Below are positions 49,820 through 59,443 of a stretch of 64,000 bases of DNA, piece after piece. The stretch's first letter is position 1, and each line of letters starts with the position of its first letter. The notes beneath the pieces were generated by a model. That model was given only the letters and a program-made list of their open reading frames with translations, was not told the DNA's origin and did not search any database. The position numbers and the translations under genes are program-made. Source of the stretch: an uncultured Candidatus Binatia bacterium (GTDB lineage: Bacteria > Desulfobacterota > Binatia > Bin18); assembly GCA_965214605.1 (NCBI GenBank), contig OZ243961.1, forward strand, positions 3,936,001-4,000,000, given 5' to 3'.

Positions 49820-50788
49820 ATGCAGACAGTGCCGGCGGATGCGGCCGACTTACGATCCGCAATCAAGCGGCTGTCACGCCCCCACAGCCTCAGCACCGTC
49901 TATCATCTGGCCGAGGTGTGGGGCGTGATTGCGGCTGCCATCTACACCAGCGCGGTGCTGGTCCCGCCCGCCTCAGGACTGCTGGGCCTTGGGGCGTACC
50001 TCGGCATGCTGGCAGTGATTGCCGCCCGTCAACACGCCCTCATGGTCCTGGGCCACGAGGCCATACACAAACGTTTGTCACCGAATGGGTGGGTCAACGA
50101 TTGGCTCGGGCGTATCTTCGCCGCTTTTCCGGTATTCATCTCGCTGGCCAAGTGGCGTTTCATCCACCTCCACCATCACCAATGCACCCATACTGCGGAT
50201 GATCCGGATCGGGCGATTTATGCTCGCTATCCCATTGCCGCCTCTGCCTTTTGGCGTCTGGTGATGCGTGACGGGTGCGGGGTGAACGTTCTCTCAACCC
50301 TAAAATATTTTATCGATATCCCCTTTGTGACGGCTGAGTTTAACCGGCGCTTTCTGGGGGAAGCGCGTGAACAACACTACCGGCAGCTCTCGGATATGCG
50401 GGCGTTCGGTGTGTTCTGGAGCTTTGTCCTGATCGGCGGCGGCTACTGGGGCGGAATGCGGTTTGTGGCGGCTTTCGTCCTGTATTGGCTGCTCCCCTAC
50501 TGCACGCTCACCCAAATATTCTTTCGCGTCCGCGGGGCGATCGAACATGGCAATGTGCCTGATCCCGGCAATCCGTATCAGAACACACGGACGTATCTTA
50601 TGCACCCAATAGCGGCGTTCTTCTTCTCCCCCAAGCGGGTGAACTACCACCTTGAGCACCATCTGTACCCTGGAGTGCCATTCTACCAGCTGCCCCGGCT
50701 GCATCGCCTATTACGCCGTGCGGTCTACCCACGAGAGCACGCCTACTATGAACGTTTCAGCCGGGGCTTGCGCAAATTGGTGCGTTGA
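49820..50788 (+). CDS. Membrane fatty acid desaturase family protein
   Basis: His boxes HEAIH, HLHHH, HLEHH. Confidence 0.9.
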   Translation: MQTVPADAADLRSAIKRLSRPHSLSTVYHLAEVWGVIAAAIYTSAVLVPPASGLLGLGAYLGMLAVIAARQHALMVLGHEAIHKRLSPNGWVNDWLGRIFAAFPVFISLAKWRFIHLHHHQCTHTADDPDRAIYARYPIAASAFWRLVMRDGCGVNVLSTLKYFIDIPFVTAEFNRRFLGEAREQHYRQLSDMRAFGVFWSFVLIGGGYWGGMRFVAAFVLYWLLPYCTLTQIFFRVRGAIEHGNVPDPGNPYQNTRTYLMHPIAAFFFSPKRVNYHLEHHLYPGVPFYQLPRLHRLLRRAVYPREHAYYERFSRGLRKLVR

Positions 50789-50806
50789 GCTGATTGGCCG
50801 CTGCCT

Positions 50807-50827
50807 CCTCTCCCCGGCCGGGAGAGG
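50807..50827. terminator. Hairpin between convergent genes (REP-like)
   Basis: CCTCTCCC-CGGCC-GGGAGAGG. Confidence 0.45.
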
Positions 50828-50843
50828 GTTGACTGGAGAACAA

Positions 50844-51965
50844 CTACAAATCGTATGCCCGGGCGGCATTATCGCCCAGAATATTTTGCTGATCGGCCGG
50901 ATCCATACTCTTGATATTGTTCTTCAGGATCCGAAGCGCACCGGGAAAGCCGTCAAAGTGGGGAAAATCGGTTGACCAGAAAAATTTATCCGATCCCCAG
51001 CGTTGGCTCGCGGCCGGGATCATGCTTTCGTCCACATCGGCGCCCACCCACACCTGACGTCGGAAGTATTCACTAGGGGGTCGTTTGCAGGCGGTCATAA
51101 AGCCGCTGTGTTGCCACTTGCTGTCCATACGTTCGATGAAGTGCGGCACCCACCCCGCGCCAACTTCGAGGCACAGCAGTTTCAGCCTGGGGAAGCGTTC
51201 TAATACCCCGCCTTCAAAGAAGCTGACAAACGAGGCTTGAATATCAAAGCCTAAGGTAACGGACAGGAAATAAAACGGCGATCCCTTAAAGGTCATATGG
51301 TCATACCACTGGCTGCCGTGAAAGTTGGGCCGGGCGATGACGTGTAAGCCAACTGGAACACCCAAATCCTGGGCGGTCGCCCAAAAGGGATCGTAATAGG
51401 TGTCGCCGTAGGCTTTGCCATTGGTCGGCCAGGGCGTGAGCATGACCGATTTGAGACCGATCTTGGCAGCGTGCTTGAGTTCGATAGTCGCTCTATCAAC
51501 GTCCATCAGCGAAATATGGGCGACTCCATACAGGCGGTCCGGGTAATGGTGACAGAAGTCGGCAATCCACTCGTTGTAGACATGGCAGTAGGCGTCGGCC
51601 AGTTCGGGGTCGTTGACTTCGCCCTCCCACAATAGACCTAGCGTTGGGTAGAGAACGGCCGCGTCAATGTCGTCGGTGTCCAGGAGTTTGACCCGCTCGT
51701 GTGGATCGTACGCCCCTGGTGGTGCGTGCATATAGCTGAACTCGTTTGAGAAGGCTACCTCGCCCGGCCGGCCAAAGGACGACGCAACCCCAAGTCCCTG
51801 GGTAAACTCTGAGATGCGTCCGTTGACAACAAGGCATTCCGTGCCCTCTTCATTGCGGGCAATCCCCAGCGTGCGATCCTTGAATTTAGCGGGAAGGTTT
51901 TTTTCCCACAGATCAGGCGGTTCAAGGATATGGCCGTCCGCGTCAACGATTCTGCCAAGCTGCAT
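50844..51965 (-). CDS. Amidohydrolase_2 family protein
   Basis: DADGHILEPPDLW, YNEWI, WSTDFPH. Confidence 0.92.
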   Translation of the reverse strand: MQLGRIVDADGHILEPPDLWEKNLPAKFKDRTLGIARNEEGTECLVVNGRISEFTQGLGVASSFGRPGEVAFSNEFSYMHAPPGAYDPHERVKLLDTDDIDAAVLYPTLGLLWEGEVNDPELADAYCHVYNEWIADFCHHYPDRLYGVAHISLMDVDRATIELKHAAKIGLKSVMLTPWPTNGKAYGDTYYDPFWATAQDLGVPVGLHVIARPNFHGSQWYDHMTFKGSPFYFLSVTLGFDIQASFVSFFEGGVLERFPRLKLLCLEVGAGWVPHFIERMDSKWQHSGFMTACKRPPSEYFRRQVWVGADVDESMIPAASQRWGSDKFFWSTDFPHFDGFPGALRILKNNIKSMDPADQQNILGDNAARAYDL

Positions 51966-52044
51966 GCGATATCCCTCCTTATTCCTAGTGTGTGTATGGC
52001 GCGTATCTGCTCAGAGAGCAGAAATACCGGCGCCGAAGAGAGAA

Positions 52045-52116
52045 TACCCTCGCCGGGAATCGAACCCAGACCCCAGGTTCCGGAGACCTGTGTGATATCC
52101 ATTTCACCACGAGGGC
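52045..52116 (-). tRNA. tRNA-Arg (anticodon CCG), CCA not encoded
   Basis: GCCCTCG...CAGGT-CT-CCG-GA-ACCTG...GGTTCGATTCC..CGAGGGT-A cloverleaf, 72 nt. Confidence 0.95.
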
Positions 52117-52974
52117 ATTAAAGGGAGGATTGTGCATAGCATGTGCAACAGCGGCAAGCAATGTTGTTGGCCCTGTAGCAGCAATTCTCCTTTTGACTGT
52201 TTGCTGTTTTATGTCGGGTTGCCTGCGGCTCCGTGATGTGGATTGGCGTCCATGGGGGGTGGGGGAGCTGGGTGTGTCGGGAGGGGGCCACGTGAGAGGT
52301 GGGGGAGGATTCGCAGTGGCGGGAACCGGGTGCGGCGGGGACCGATGTCCTGGCGCGCCGGCGGCCCGCCTGCGGGGCGAGCCGGGCGGACAGACGAGGG
52401 GGCGCGAGCCAAAGAACGCCGGGCCGGCCATGGCAGGCAGCCGGCGGGCGGCAAGCCGGCCCAGGGACGCGAGGGCGCGGGGCGCCTCAAGGACCTCGAC
52501 AAGGGCGGGAAACGGCCCGGCGAAGGGGGCCGGCGACACGCCGGCCGGCCGTGGCCGAACAGGGGGGCGTGGGAGCGCGTCGGCGCTTTCGCCCCCGCCC
52601 GCTGGGGGACACGGAACGAAGGAGCCGGCAGGAAGCACACCGACAGCGCCGCCGGGGCGACGGCCGTCAGGGAGGACTGGCCGGTGAGGCCGCGGCCCGG
52701 GGCCGGGGCCACCCGGCGCAGCCCCCCCGCTGCCTTTGAGCCGACCCACGTGTGCTCCTAGGGCCCGTACCTAGAGGCCCTGCTCGTCCTCCGATGTCCA
52801 GCCCCCTTTAACTTCCCGGCCTGAACGCAATAGGCCTCTGCTCTGGAGGCACGTCGGGCCAAAATGAGAATTGTCGGCCCCGTAGAGTTCAAAAAGCATT
52901 CGCTTGCTTGGTTGACAGAAGCGGGTGAATCTCTGATGTAATAGTGTCCCCGCAGAGAATGTGTCGGAGGAGAA

Positions 52975-53343
52975 ATGAGGACTCGCCACCGGCTTGGACA
53001 AATGCTGTTGAGAGGGGTGCTCCTGCGCTGTCCCCGGTGTGGAGATGGGCGGCTGTTTAGCGGCTTTTTCACCATGCACGATCGGTGTCTGCAGTGTCGC
53101 TACGTGTTTGAACAAGAACAGGGTTATTTCGTCGGGGCGATTTATATCAACTATGGGGCCACTACGGTGCTGGGCATGGCTGGTATTTTCGCCATTGAGG
53201 CGTACATCAGTATGACCCTCACTCAGCAATTGGTGATATGGGTGACGTTTGCTGGACTGTTTCCCTTGTGGTTCTTTCGCTATTCTCGCAGCCTGTGGCT
53301 CAGTCTGGCCTATATCTTGACGACCGGCAAATCGGCAGAATAG
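52975..53343 (+). CDS. DUF983 family membrane protein
   Basis: RCPRCG.G.LF..FF.M...C..C...E.GYF.GA, two TM segments. Confidence 0.85.
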   Translation: MRTRHRLGQMLLRGVLLRCPRCGDGRLFSGFFTMHDRCLQCRYVFEQEQGYFVGAIYINYGATTVLGMAGIFAIEAYISMTLTQQLVIWVTFAGLFPLWFFRYSRSLWLSLAYILTTGKSAE

Positions 53344-53354
53344 GAGAGGCGGGA

Positions 53355-53486
53355 ATGCTTCCCGAGAATGTCTACGATTTGTCGTCGCAACAAGCGGCAG
53401 AAGTCGCCGCAATGCTACTCCACAGTTTGAGACGGGAAGTAGAGCATTTTCGGGAATATCGGAAAAAGAGAATCCCGGATGTCTGA
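53355..53486 (+). CDS. Small hypothetical protein (43 aa)
   Basis: AGGAGAGG upstream of ATG; MLPENVYDLSSQQAAEVAAMLLHSLRREVEHFREYRKKRIPDV. Confidence 0.4.
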   Translation: MLPENVYDLSSQQAAEVAAMLLHSLRREVEHFREYRKKRIPDV

Positions 53487-53593
53487 TACGGCTGCGCGTG
53501 TGGCTGCTGCATCCCGAAATGAGCAATCCCGCCGAGAAAATGAAGGGAGACAAATTTGCCTCCCTTGCCGTGCAAGCAGAGGGGTGTTTCGTG

Positions 53594-53923
53594 TCAGTGT
53601 TCGGCGGCGCTGACCGCCGGTGTTTCCGTCGGTGTGTGGATTCTTTCGTCTGAGGTCAGATCCGGCAACAGCATGAAAATCAGAAAGACGCAGAGAATCA
53701 TGGGGGTAAGGGCGATGGCGCCCAACGTCGTCCGTTCAAACCTGAGATGCATGAAGTACAGGGCAACCAGAGTCGCCTTGGCTACCGCCAGGAGAACCAG
53801 GATGGTGCCGTTTATTGACCGGCTGAATACGCCGAGGACCGGGACTAAGACCTCAACGATCGTCAGAATGGTCAAGGCCCAAAAGATATTCATGTAGTTG
53901 GGTTCGTGGTGGGCGTTATCCAT
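53594..53923 (-). CDS. ctaF: Cytochrome c oxidase subunit IV family
   Basis: LTIVEV, KATLVALYFMHLRFE. Confidence 0.88.
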   Translation of the reverse strand: MDNAHHEPNYMNIFWALTILTIVEVLVPVLGVFSRSINGTILVLLAVAKATLVALYFMHLRFERTTLGAIALTPMILCVFLIFMLLPDLTSDERIHTPTETPAVSAAEH

Positions 53924-53935
53924 AGTGCGCTCTCC

Positions 53936-54556
53936 CTATAGCAAATACACAAATGTAAAGACCAAAATCCAGACCAGGTCTACAAAGTGCCAGTACAGGC
54001 CAACGATCTCGACATGGTTGGCATCTTCGCCGGTGTATCTACCCTTAAGACCGCTGAGCAGAATACACGTCAGATAGATCACGCCGCCAAACACGTGGCA
54101 GCCGTGAAAGCCGGTCAGGATGTAGAAGGTCGTCCCAAACAGTGCCGCTCCCCAAGGATTGCCACTCATGGTCATGCCTTCGTGGGTCAGGTGGGTCCAC
54201 TCATAGGCCTGGAGCACGAGAAAGATGGTCCCGACAATGATGGTCAGCAGCATGAATTTTTTGAACCCGGCCAGATCATTATGCCGGGCTGCCGACAGCG
54301 CCTTGACCATGGTGACACTGCTGCAGATGAGGAGGAAGGTCATGCCCGCCGTGAGCTGAATCCCCAGCGTCTCAAGCGGGTCGGGCCAGTCTGGGCTGCT
54401 GGCGCGCAGGGCGCCGTACCCGGCGAGCAGCCCACCGAATGACATGGCATCACCGGCCAGAAAAACCCACATGCCAAGTTTGCCCCAGCTCTCTGGGGTT
54501 AATGGCGATTCGGCTGGTTCAACAGCCCCATGTGTCTCAATAACCGCTTCGCTCAA
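53936..54556 (-). CDS. ctaE: Cytochrome c oxidase subunit III (second copy)
   Basis: KLGMWVFL, TGFHGCHV, GLYWHFVDLVW; TTG start after AAGGAGG. Confidence 0.92.
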   Translation of the reverse strand: MSEAVIETHGAVEPAESPLTPESWGKLGMWVFLAGDAMSFGGLLAGYGALRASSPDWPDPLETLGIQLTAGMTFLLICSSVTMVKALSAARHNDLAGFKKFMLLTIIVGTIFLVLQAYEWTHLTHEGMTMSGNPWGAALFGTTFYILTGFHGCHVFGGVIYLTCILLSGLKGRYTGEDANHVEIVGLYWHFVDLVWILVFTFVYLL

Positions 54557-54876
54557 GGCCCATCCTCCTTCTTTTTGGTCAGGGTAGCATCGAAAGGCAA
54601 CACTTCTGCCGGCGGATGTGGGGAGCGGTTGGCGTTCCGATAGGTGTAAAAAATCCATCCGCCGATCGAGGCAAAGAGAACAAACGGCATGCCCATCATC
54701 AGCATGACGCTCCAAAAAATTCCAACTGCTAGGGGGTCCTCAGAGCCGGACAAGGCTGTCTTACACATGGCGCAGCCCTGAGCCAGCGCCTGAGCCGGGA
54801 ACAGCCCTGCCAGCCCCCAAACCAGGCCTAGGCTGAGTTGGCTACGGTAGATTAGAACGGCGGTCTTTGGTGACAT
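54553..54876 (-). CDS. Small membrane protein with CAMCK motif in the oxidase operon
   Basis: Signal-like N-terminus, AQGCAMCK, one TM helix. Confidence 0.7.
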   Translation of the reverse strand: MSPKTAVLIYRSQLSLGLVWGLAGLFPAQALAQGCAMCKTALSGSEDPLAVGIFWSVMLMMGMPFVLFASIGGWIFYTYRNANRSPHPPAEVLPFDATLTKKKEDGP

Positions 54877-54895
54877 CGCATACTCCGTAGTGTGA

Positions 54896-55543
54896 TTAGT
54901 TCAAATAGACCAGGGGGAATAACAGGGCCCACAGAGCTCCAACGTAGTACCAATACATGCCGCACACCTCAACGGCGGTCGGCCGATGGGCAGAGAAAGC
55001 GCCCCGCTTGGCCAAGACTAGAACGACTAGTAACCAGATCACGGCGGCCAAAACGTGCAGGCCGTGGCAGCCGATCAGGGTGTAGAAGGTTGCGCCGTAG
55101 ATGCCGGTTGAAATCGTGAGGCCGTCCCGAACTAGTTGGGTCCATTCATAGCCTTGGACGCCTAGAAAGAGTGTTCCCAACAACGCGGTCACGCCCAACC
55201 AGTTGCCTGAACTTTTCACCTGGTCGAGCCGTAGGGCGGCAATGGCCCGATGCATGGTGTAACAACTGACGAATAAAACCAGAGTATTCACCCAGGTCAT
55301 ACCGACTGGCAGGTATAAATGGCCGGACGGCCAGACCGAGCTGCCGGCCCGAAAGACTACATATGCGCCGATCAAACCCACAAAGAACATGGTTTCGGCG
55401 CTGATGAGCATTAACATGCCCAGCCGGGCATTACTGATTGGTGGGTCGGACACGCCTGGTGGCGGCCCGCCGCCAAAACTTGGAGCTGGACGCGCCTGGG
55501 GTCGTTCAGCTATCTGAGGTACGGCAGCAGTTGCGCTTGACAT
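54896..55543 (-). CDS. ctaE: Cytochrome c oxidase subunit III (first copy)
   Basis: LGMLMLISAETMFF, QGYEW, GCHGLHV, YWYYV. Confidence 0.92.
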   Translation of the reverse strand: MSSATAAVPQIAERPQARPAPSFGGGPPPGVSDPPISNARLGMLMLISAETMFFVGLIGAYVVFRAGSSVWPSGHLYLPVGMTWVNTLVLFVSCYTMHRAIAALRLDQVKSSGNWLGVTALLGTLFLGVQGYEWTQLVRDGLTISTGIYGATFYTLIGCHGLHVLAAVIWLLVVLVLAKRGAFSAHRPTAVEVCGMYWYYVGALWALLFPLVYLN

Positions 55544-55567
55544 AGGACACTCCTCTTCCACACGAAC

Positions 55568-55678
55568 TTAGACGAGGATAATAAAACAAACGGTAGCTGC
55601 AATATACAGCGCGATAAAAATGGCTAGGCCACGACCGATGATGCGGTTGACCGTGTGCTTCTCTTCTCGACTCGGCAT
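55568..55678 (-). CDS. Unannotated 36-aa single-pass membrane protein in the oxidase operon
   Basis: GAGGGA RBS; MPSREEKHTVNRIIGRGLAIFIALYIAATVCFIILV*; fills the gap between ctaB and ctaE. Confidence 0.65.
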   Translation of the reverse strand: MPSREEKHTVNRIIGRGLAIFIALYIAATVCFIILV

Positions 55679-55703
55679 TTTTGTCCCTCGGTCTCTAACG
55701 TGA

Positions 55704-56624
55704 CTACAGTGAGACTTTATCAAAGACCATCATGGCTAACAGTACCGGGAGATAAATTAACGAAGCAAATAACAGCTGCCGAGCCGATTCCAGAGAGCGG
55801 ACACGGGCCAGACGCACCCCGTACCACAAAAACATACTGCCTAGCCCAAACGCCACACAGAAATAGAGGGGTCCGGTCAAGCCGGTCAGGGTCGGTAACA
55901 GGCCGACGGCTAACAATGCCAAACAGTGACTGATCACCTGACGGCCGGTGCTTTTGCCATCAGGATTGATCACCGGGAGGAGTTGAAATCCGGCACGGGC
56001 GTAATCGTCCCGGTACAGCCAGGCTATGGCCAGCGAATGGGGCATTTGCCACAGAAACATGATGGCAAACAAGATCCAGGCTTCCAGATTGATTGAGCCA
56101 CGGACGGCCGCCCAGCCGATAACTGGCGGTAGGGCACCGGGGACGGCGCCGATCAAGGTACACAGAGACGTGATTTTCTTGAGCGGGGTGTAGACTCCCA
56201 GATAGCTGGCCACGATAGCCGTAGTGACCGCAGCGCTGGCAAGGTTGACGGTCCACGCCAGATAGACGAGTCCCGCGGCGGTGACGAGTGCCCCAAACAC
56301 AAACGCCTCAACGGGTTTCACACGCCCGTCCGGTAAAGGCCGCAGGTGGGTGCGCTGCATTTTTGCATCAGCCTTACGTTCAAGCAGCTGATTGAGGGCC
56401 AAGGTGCCGCCAGCAGCCAGGGCGGTCCCTAGCAGAGTGTGCAGCAGCAGCTGGTAGTCTGCAACGCCTGACGATGCCAGATAAAACCCGGCACAGGTCG
56501 TAATCAGGACAAGACTCACAATTCGAGGTTTGGTCAGCTCAAGAAAGGCTAAGCTCTGGTGCCACCAAGCCCGATCAAGACGGTCTGTACGAGCCATAGG
56601 TGGTACGGGGGTGCGGAGTATCAT
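55704..56624 (-). CDS. ctaB: Protoheme IX farnesyltransferase (heme o synthase)
   Basis: LTKPRI, D.KMQRT..RPLP.G, YTPLKK, WQMPH. Confidence 0.95.
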   Translation of the reverse strand: MILRTPVPPMARTDRLDRAWWHQSLAFLELTKPRIVSLVLITTCAGFYLASSGVADYQLLLHTLLGTALAAGGTLALNQLLERKADAKMQRTHLRPLPDGRVKPVEAFVFGALVTAAGLVYLAWTVNLASAAVTTAIVASYLGVYTPLKKITSLCTLIGAVPGALPPVIGWAAVRGSINLEAWILFAIMFLWQMPHSLAIAWLYRDDYARAGFQLLPVINPDGKSTGRQVISHCLALLAVGLLPTLTGLTGPLYFCVAFGLGSMFLWYGVRLARVRSLESARQLLFASLIYLPVLLAMMVFDKVSL

Positions 56625-57571
56625 GCCGGAACCTGTTCCGAAGTGAATGGCGGACGAGCAGAAAGGGTGACACCGTTACGGTAGGACCGCAGCGTAATGC
56701 GGACGCTGGTGGCTAACAGGAGCGCGCCAACGACGACATGAGCGGTGGTCAGCAGGACGACATAGAGGCTGAGAAAAGATTCGTTGGATGTGTATTTGCC
56801 GAGATAGGAGAGGAGGCCCAGAACGAGTTGAAAGAGCAACAAACGCCGCAGCAACAGGGCAGATCGAGTGATAGGGATATACCCGGCGTAGGATTCAACG
56901 ACCCAATCAACAAGCCAAAAAATGATCCCTGCCACAAGAACGGCGCCAAGGATATGGACTTCCGCCCCACTACCGGTGTGTCGTACGACCGCGCCCAAAA
57001 TGATCTGGACATAAATTGCTGCTGTCGTGATGACACTCAGACGTTGGACAGATGTGGCGTCTGGGACCGTTTTTTGTGGCCACTGGTTTTGCCATTCCGC
57101 TGAGACCAGCAGGGTTAAGGCAGCGAGGAAGGCAAAAAACGCCTGGGCGAAACCACCGTGAATAAGAGCCAACAGGTTTTCTACCAACACGACCCGCAGA
57201 CCTCCCAGCACCCCTTGAACGATCACGGCCAGCAATGCGATCAGACCTAGCCATCGCATCCACAGCCGCGATTCTGCGGTCCACAGCGTAATGGTGAGCA
57301 GGATGGTCAACAGGCCAACGGCCGAGCCGAGCAGTCGATGACTATGCTCATAGAAGATCCCACCAACCATCTGTGACCAGGGATAAAGAAACATATTGTA
57401 GCCAAAAGTGGTCGGCCAGTCCGGTACAGCCAGACCGACTCCTAGGCTGGTGACAAGCCCCCCAACAAACAGCAGGGGCAAGGTACAAACGGTGGTCAGC
57501 AGGGCAAAACGGTACGGCCAGGGTGAAAAAGGGGAAGACGGCCGTGCCGAGGAAGGGATGACGTGTGCCAT
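56621..57571 (-). CDS. ctaA: Heme A synthase (COX15/CtaA)
   Basis: GLAVPDWP, EHSHRL, QGVLGGLRV. Confidence 0.92.
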   Translation of the reverse strand: MAHVIPSSARPSSPFSPWPYRFALLTTVCTLPLLFVGGLVTSLGVGLAVPDWPTTFGYNMFLYPWSQMVGGIFYEHSHRLLGSAVGLLTILLTITLWTAESRLWMRWLGLIALLAVIVQGVLGGLRVVLVENLLALIHGGFAQAFFAFLAALTLLVSAEWQNQWPQKTVPDATSVQRLSVITTAAIYVQIILGAVVRHTGSGAEVHILGAVLVAGIIFWLVDWVVESYAGYIPITRSALLLRRLLLFQLVLGLLSYLGKYTSNESFLSLYVVLLTTAHVVVGALLLATSVRITLRSYRNGVTLSARPPFTSEQVPA

Positions 57572-57630
57572 ACTCGTATCAGGCCACCCGGCTATTCATC
57601 AACAGCCGGGTCCAAATCTCGTGTCTTGAT

Positions 57631-59412
57631 TCAGTGGGTTGCGGTGGCGGCCTCAGGGCCAAGCCGTCTATCCTGGGGGAGCCAATCTTCCTCGACCAGC
57701 GGTGAGCTATACTCGTAGGGGCCGCGATGGACGGTTGGGATGGTTTCAAAGTTGCCATGAGGTGGTGGCGACGGAGCGCTCCATTCCAGCGTGTTGGCCT
57801 CCCAGGGGTTGCGCTCGGCTTTTTTCCCAGCAAACAAGCTCCACACGAAGTTGAACAGGAAAATCAGCTGTGACACGCCGAGACAGAAGGCGCTCATTGT
57901 AATAAACACATTCCACCACTGCATGTCGACCAGAAACTCGTACTGCAGCGGGTTATAAATCCGCCGCATATGGCCCGCTACCCCCAGGAAGTGCATGGGA
58001 AAGAAGGCGCCGTTAAAAAAGAGGTAGGTCAGGGCAAAATGCAGCTTGCCCAGCGGTTCGTTCATCATCCGACCGAACAGCTTGGGGAACCAGTAGTACA
58101 GGGCGGCAAACATGCCAAAGATGATGCCTGCCACTACATAGTGGAAATGGGCGACGATAAAATAGGTGTCGTGAATAAAAATATCCACCGGTGTGACTGC
58201 CATGTAGATGCCGCTCAGTCCGCCAATAACGAAATTGGACACAAAGCCAAGGGCAAACAGCATCGGGCTCGTAAAACGGATAGTCCCCCCCCATAGGGTG
58301 CCGAGCCAGTTGAAGGTCTTAATGGCGGACGGAATGGCAATGACCATTGTCGTCAGCATAAACGCGGTTCCTAGCAGCGGGTTCATGCCGCTCAGGAACA
58401 TGTGATGGCCCCACACAATCCAGGACAAGAAGGCCAGGGCGATCATGGAGAAGGCCATGGCGTGGTAACCAAAGATGGGCTTACGGGCAAACGTCGAGAG
58501 AATATCTGACGTGACGCCCATTGCCGGCAGCACTAAGATGTATACTTCCGGGTGGCCGAAGAACCAGAACAAGTGTTGCCACAACAGCGGCTCTCCTCCG
58601 CCTGACGGCAGGAAAAAGCTCGTTCCCATTGTACGGTCAAACAGCAACATACCCAGGGCCGCGGTTAAGACGGGCAGAGCCAATAGCAGGAGGATGGCGG
58701 TCACGAACAGAGACCAGATCACCAGGGGCATTCGAAACCAGGTCATGCCGGGGGCCCGCATATTGATGACCGTCGTAATATAGTTGATCGAGCCCATCAA
58801 AGACGAAAAACCTAGGATGATCAGGCTGATAACCCACAAGTTGACGCCCTGATCAACGCCGCTGAGGGTCGGATCGGCCGACAGGGAGGCATACATGGTC
58901 CAGCCGCCGGATGCGGCTCCACCTTCGACAAAGAAGCTCCACAGAATGATGACAATGGCGGGAACGGCAGTCCAGAACGACAGCATATTGAGGACTGGGA
59001 AAGCCATATCGGCCGCTCCAATCATCAACGGGATCAGGAAATTGCCAAATCCGCCGACCATAAACGGCATAACCACGAAGAAAATCATGATCGTGGCATG
59101 CATGGTGAACAGGGCGTTGTAGAAGCCCGGATCCATATACGCCCCGTACCAGCCGTGCTCCGGCTCGGCGTACATGAAGGGCTCGGAAATCCAGCTAGTG
59201 AACGGCACCGGGGTTTCCGGCCAGGCCAGCTCCCAGCGCATCATCATGGCCAACAGGCCACCAATGATGAGCATAAGGACGCTTGAGAACAAGAACTGGC
59301 GTCCAATCATCTTATGGTCGGTAGAAAAGATATAGGTGCGGATAAATCCTAGCTCGTGGTGGGCATCGTGAGCGTGGGTATCATGGGCTTCTACCGCTCC
59401 TGCATCGCTCAT
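57631..59412 (-). CDS. ctaD: Cytochrome c oxidase subunit I (A-type)
   Basis: STDHKMIG, TMHATIM, WFFGHPEVY, WGHHM, AHFHY. Confidence 0.97.
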   Translation of the reverse strand: MSDAGAVEAHDTHAHDAHHELGFIRTYIFSTDHKMIGRQFLFSSVLMLIIGGLLAMMMRWELAWPETPVPFTSWISEPFMYAEPEHGWYGAYMDPGFYNALFTMHATIMIFFVVMPFMVGGFGNFLIPLMIGAADMAFPVLNMLSFWTAVPAIVIILWSFFVEGGAASGGWTMYASLSADPTLSGVDQGVNLWVISLIILGFSSLMGSINYITTVINMRAPGMTWFRMPLVIWSLFVTAILLLLALPVLTAALGMLLFDRTMGTSFFLPSGGGEPLLWQHLFWFFGHPEVYILVLPAMGVTSDILSTFARKPIFGYHAMAFSMIALAFLSWIVWGHHMFLSGMNPLLGTAFMLTTMVIAIPSAIKTFNWLGTLWGGTIRFTSPMLFALGFVSNFVIGGLSGIYMAVTPVDIFIHDTYFIVAHFHYVVAGIIFGMFAALYYWFPKLFGRMMNEPLGKLHFALTYLFFNGAFFPMHFLGVAGHMRRIYNPLQYEFLVDMQWWNVFITMSAFCLGVSQLIFLFNFVWSLFAGKKAERNPWEANTLEWSAPSPPPHGNFETIPTVHRGPYEYSSPLVEEDWLPQDRRLGPEAATATH

Positions 59413-59443
59413 TGTTACTCTCCTATTGGTGTAGTCTCTGTGG

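Noticed and set aside
52045-52116. tRNA-Arg as an integration site for an island
   Set aside because: No integrase and no duplicated tRNA 3' end seen; flanking genes are ordinary.
51985-52761. Long G/P/R/A-rich ORFs in several frames
   Set aside because: Explained by the T depletion (few stop codons); two overlap the tRNA; no family motifs.
52771-53553. 260-aa minus-strand ORF
   Set aside because: Antisense shadow of the DUF983 gene; no recognisable motifs.
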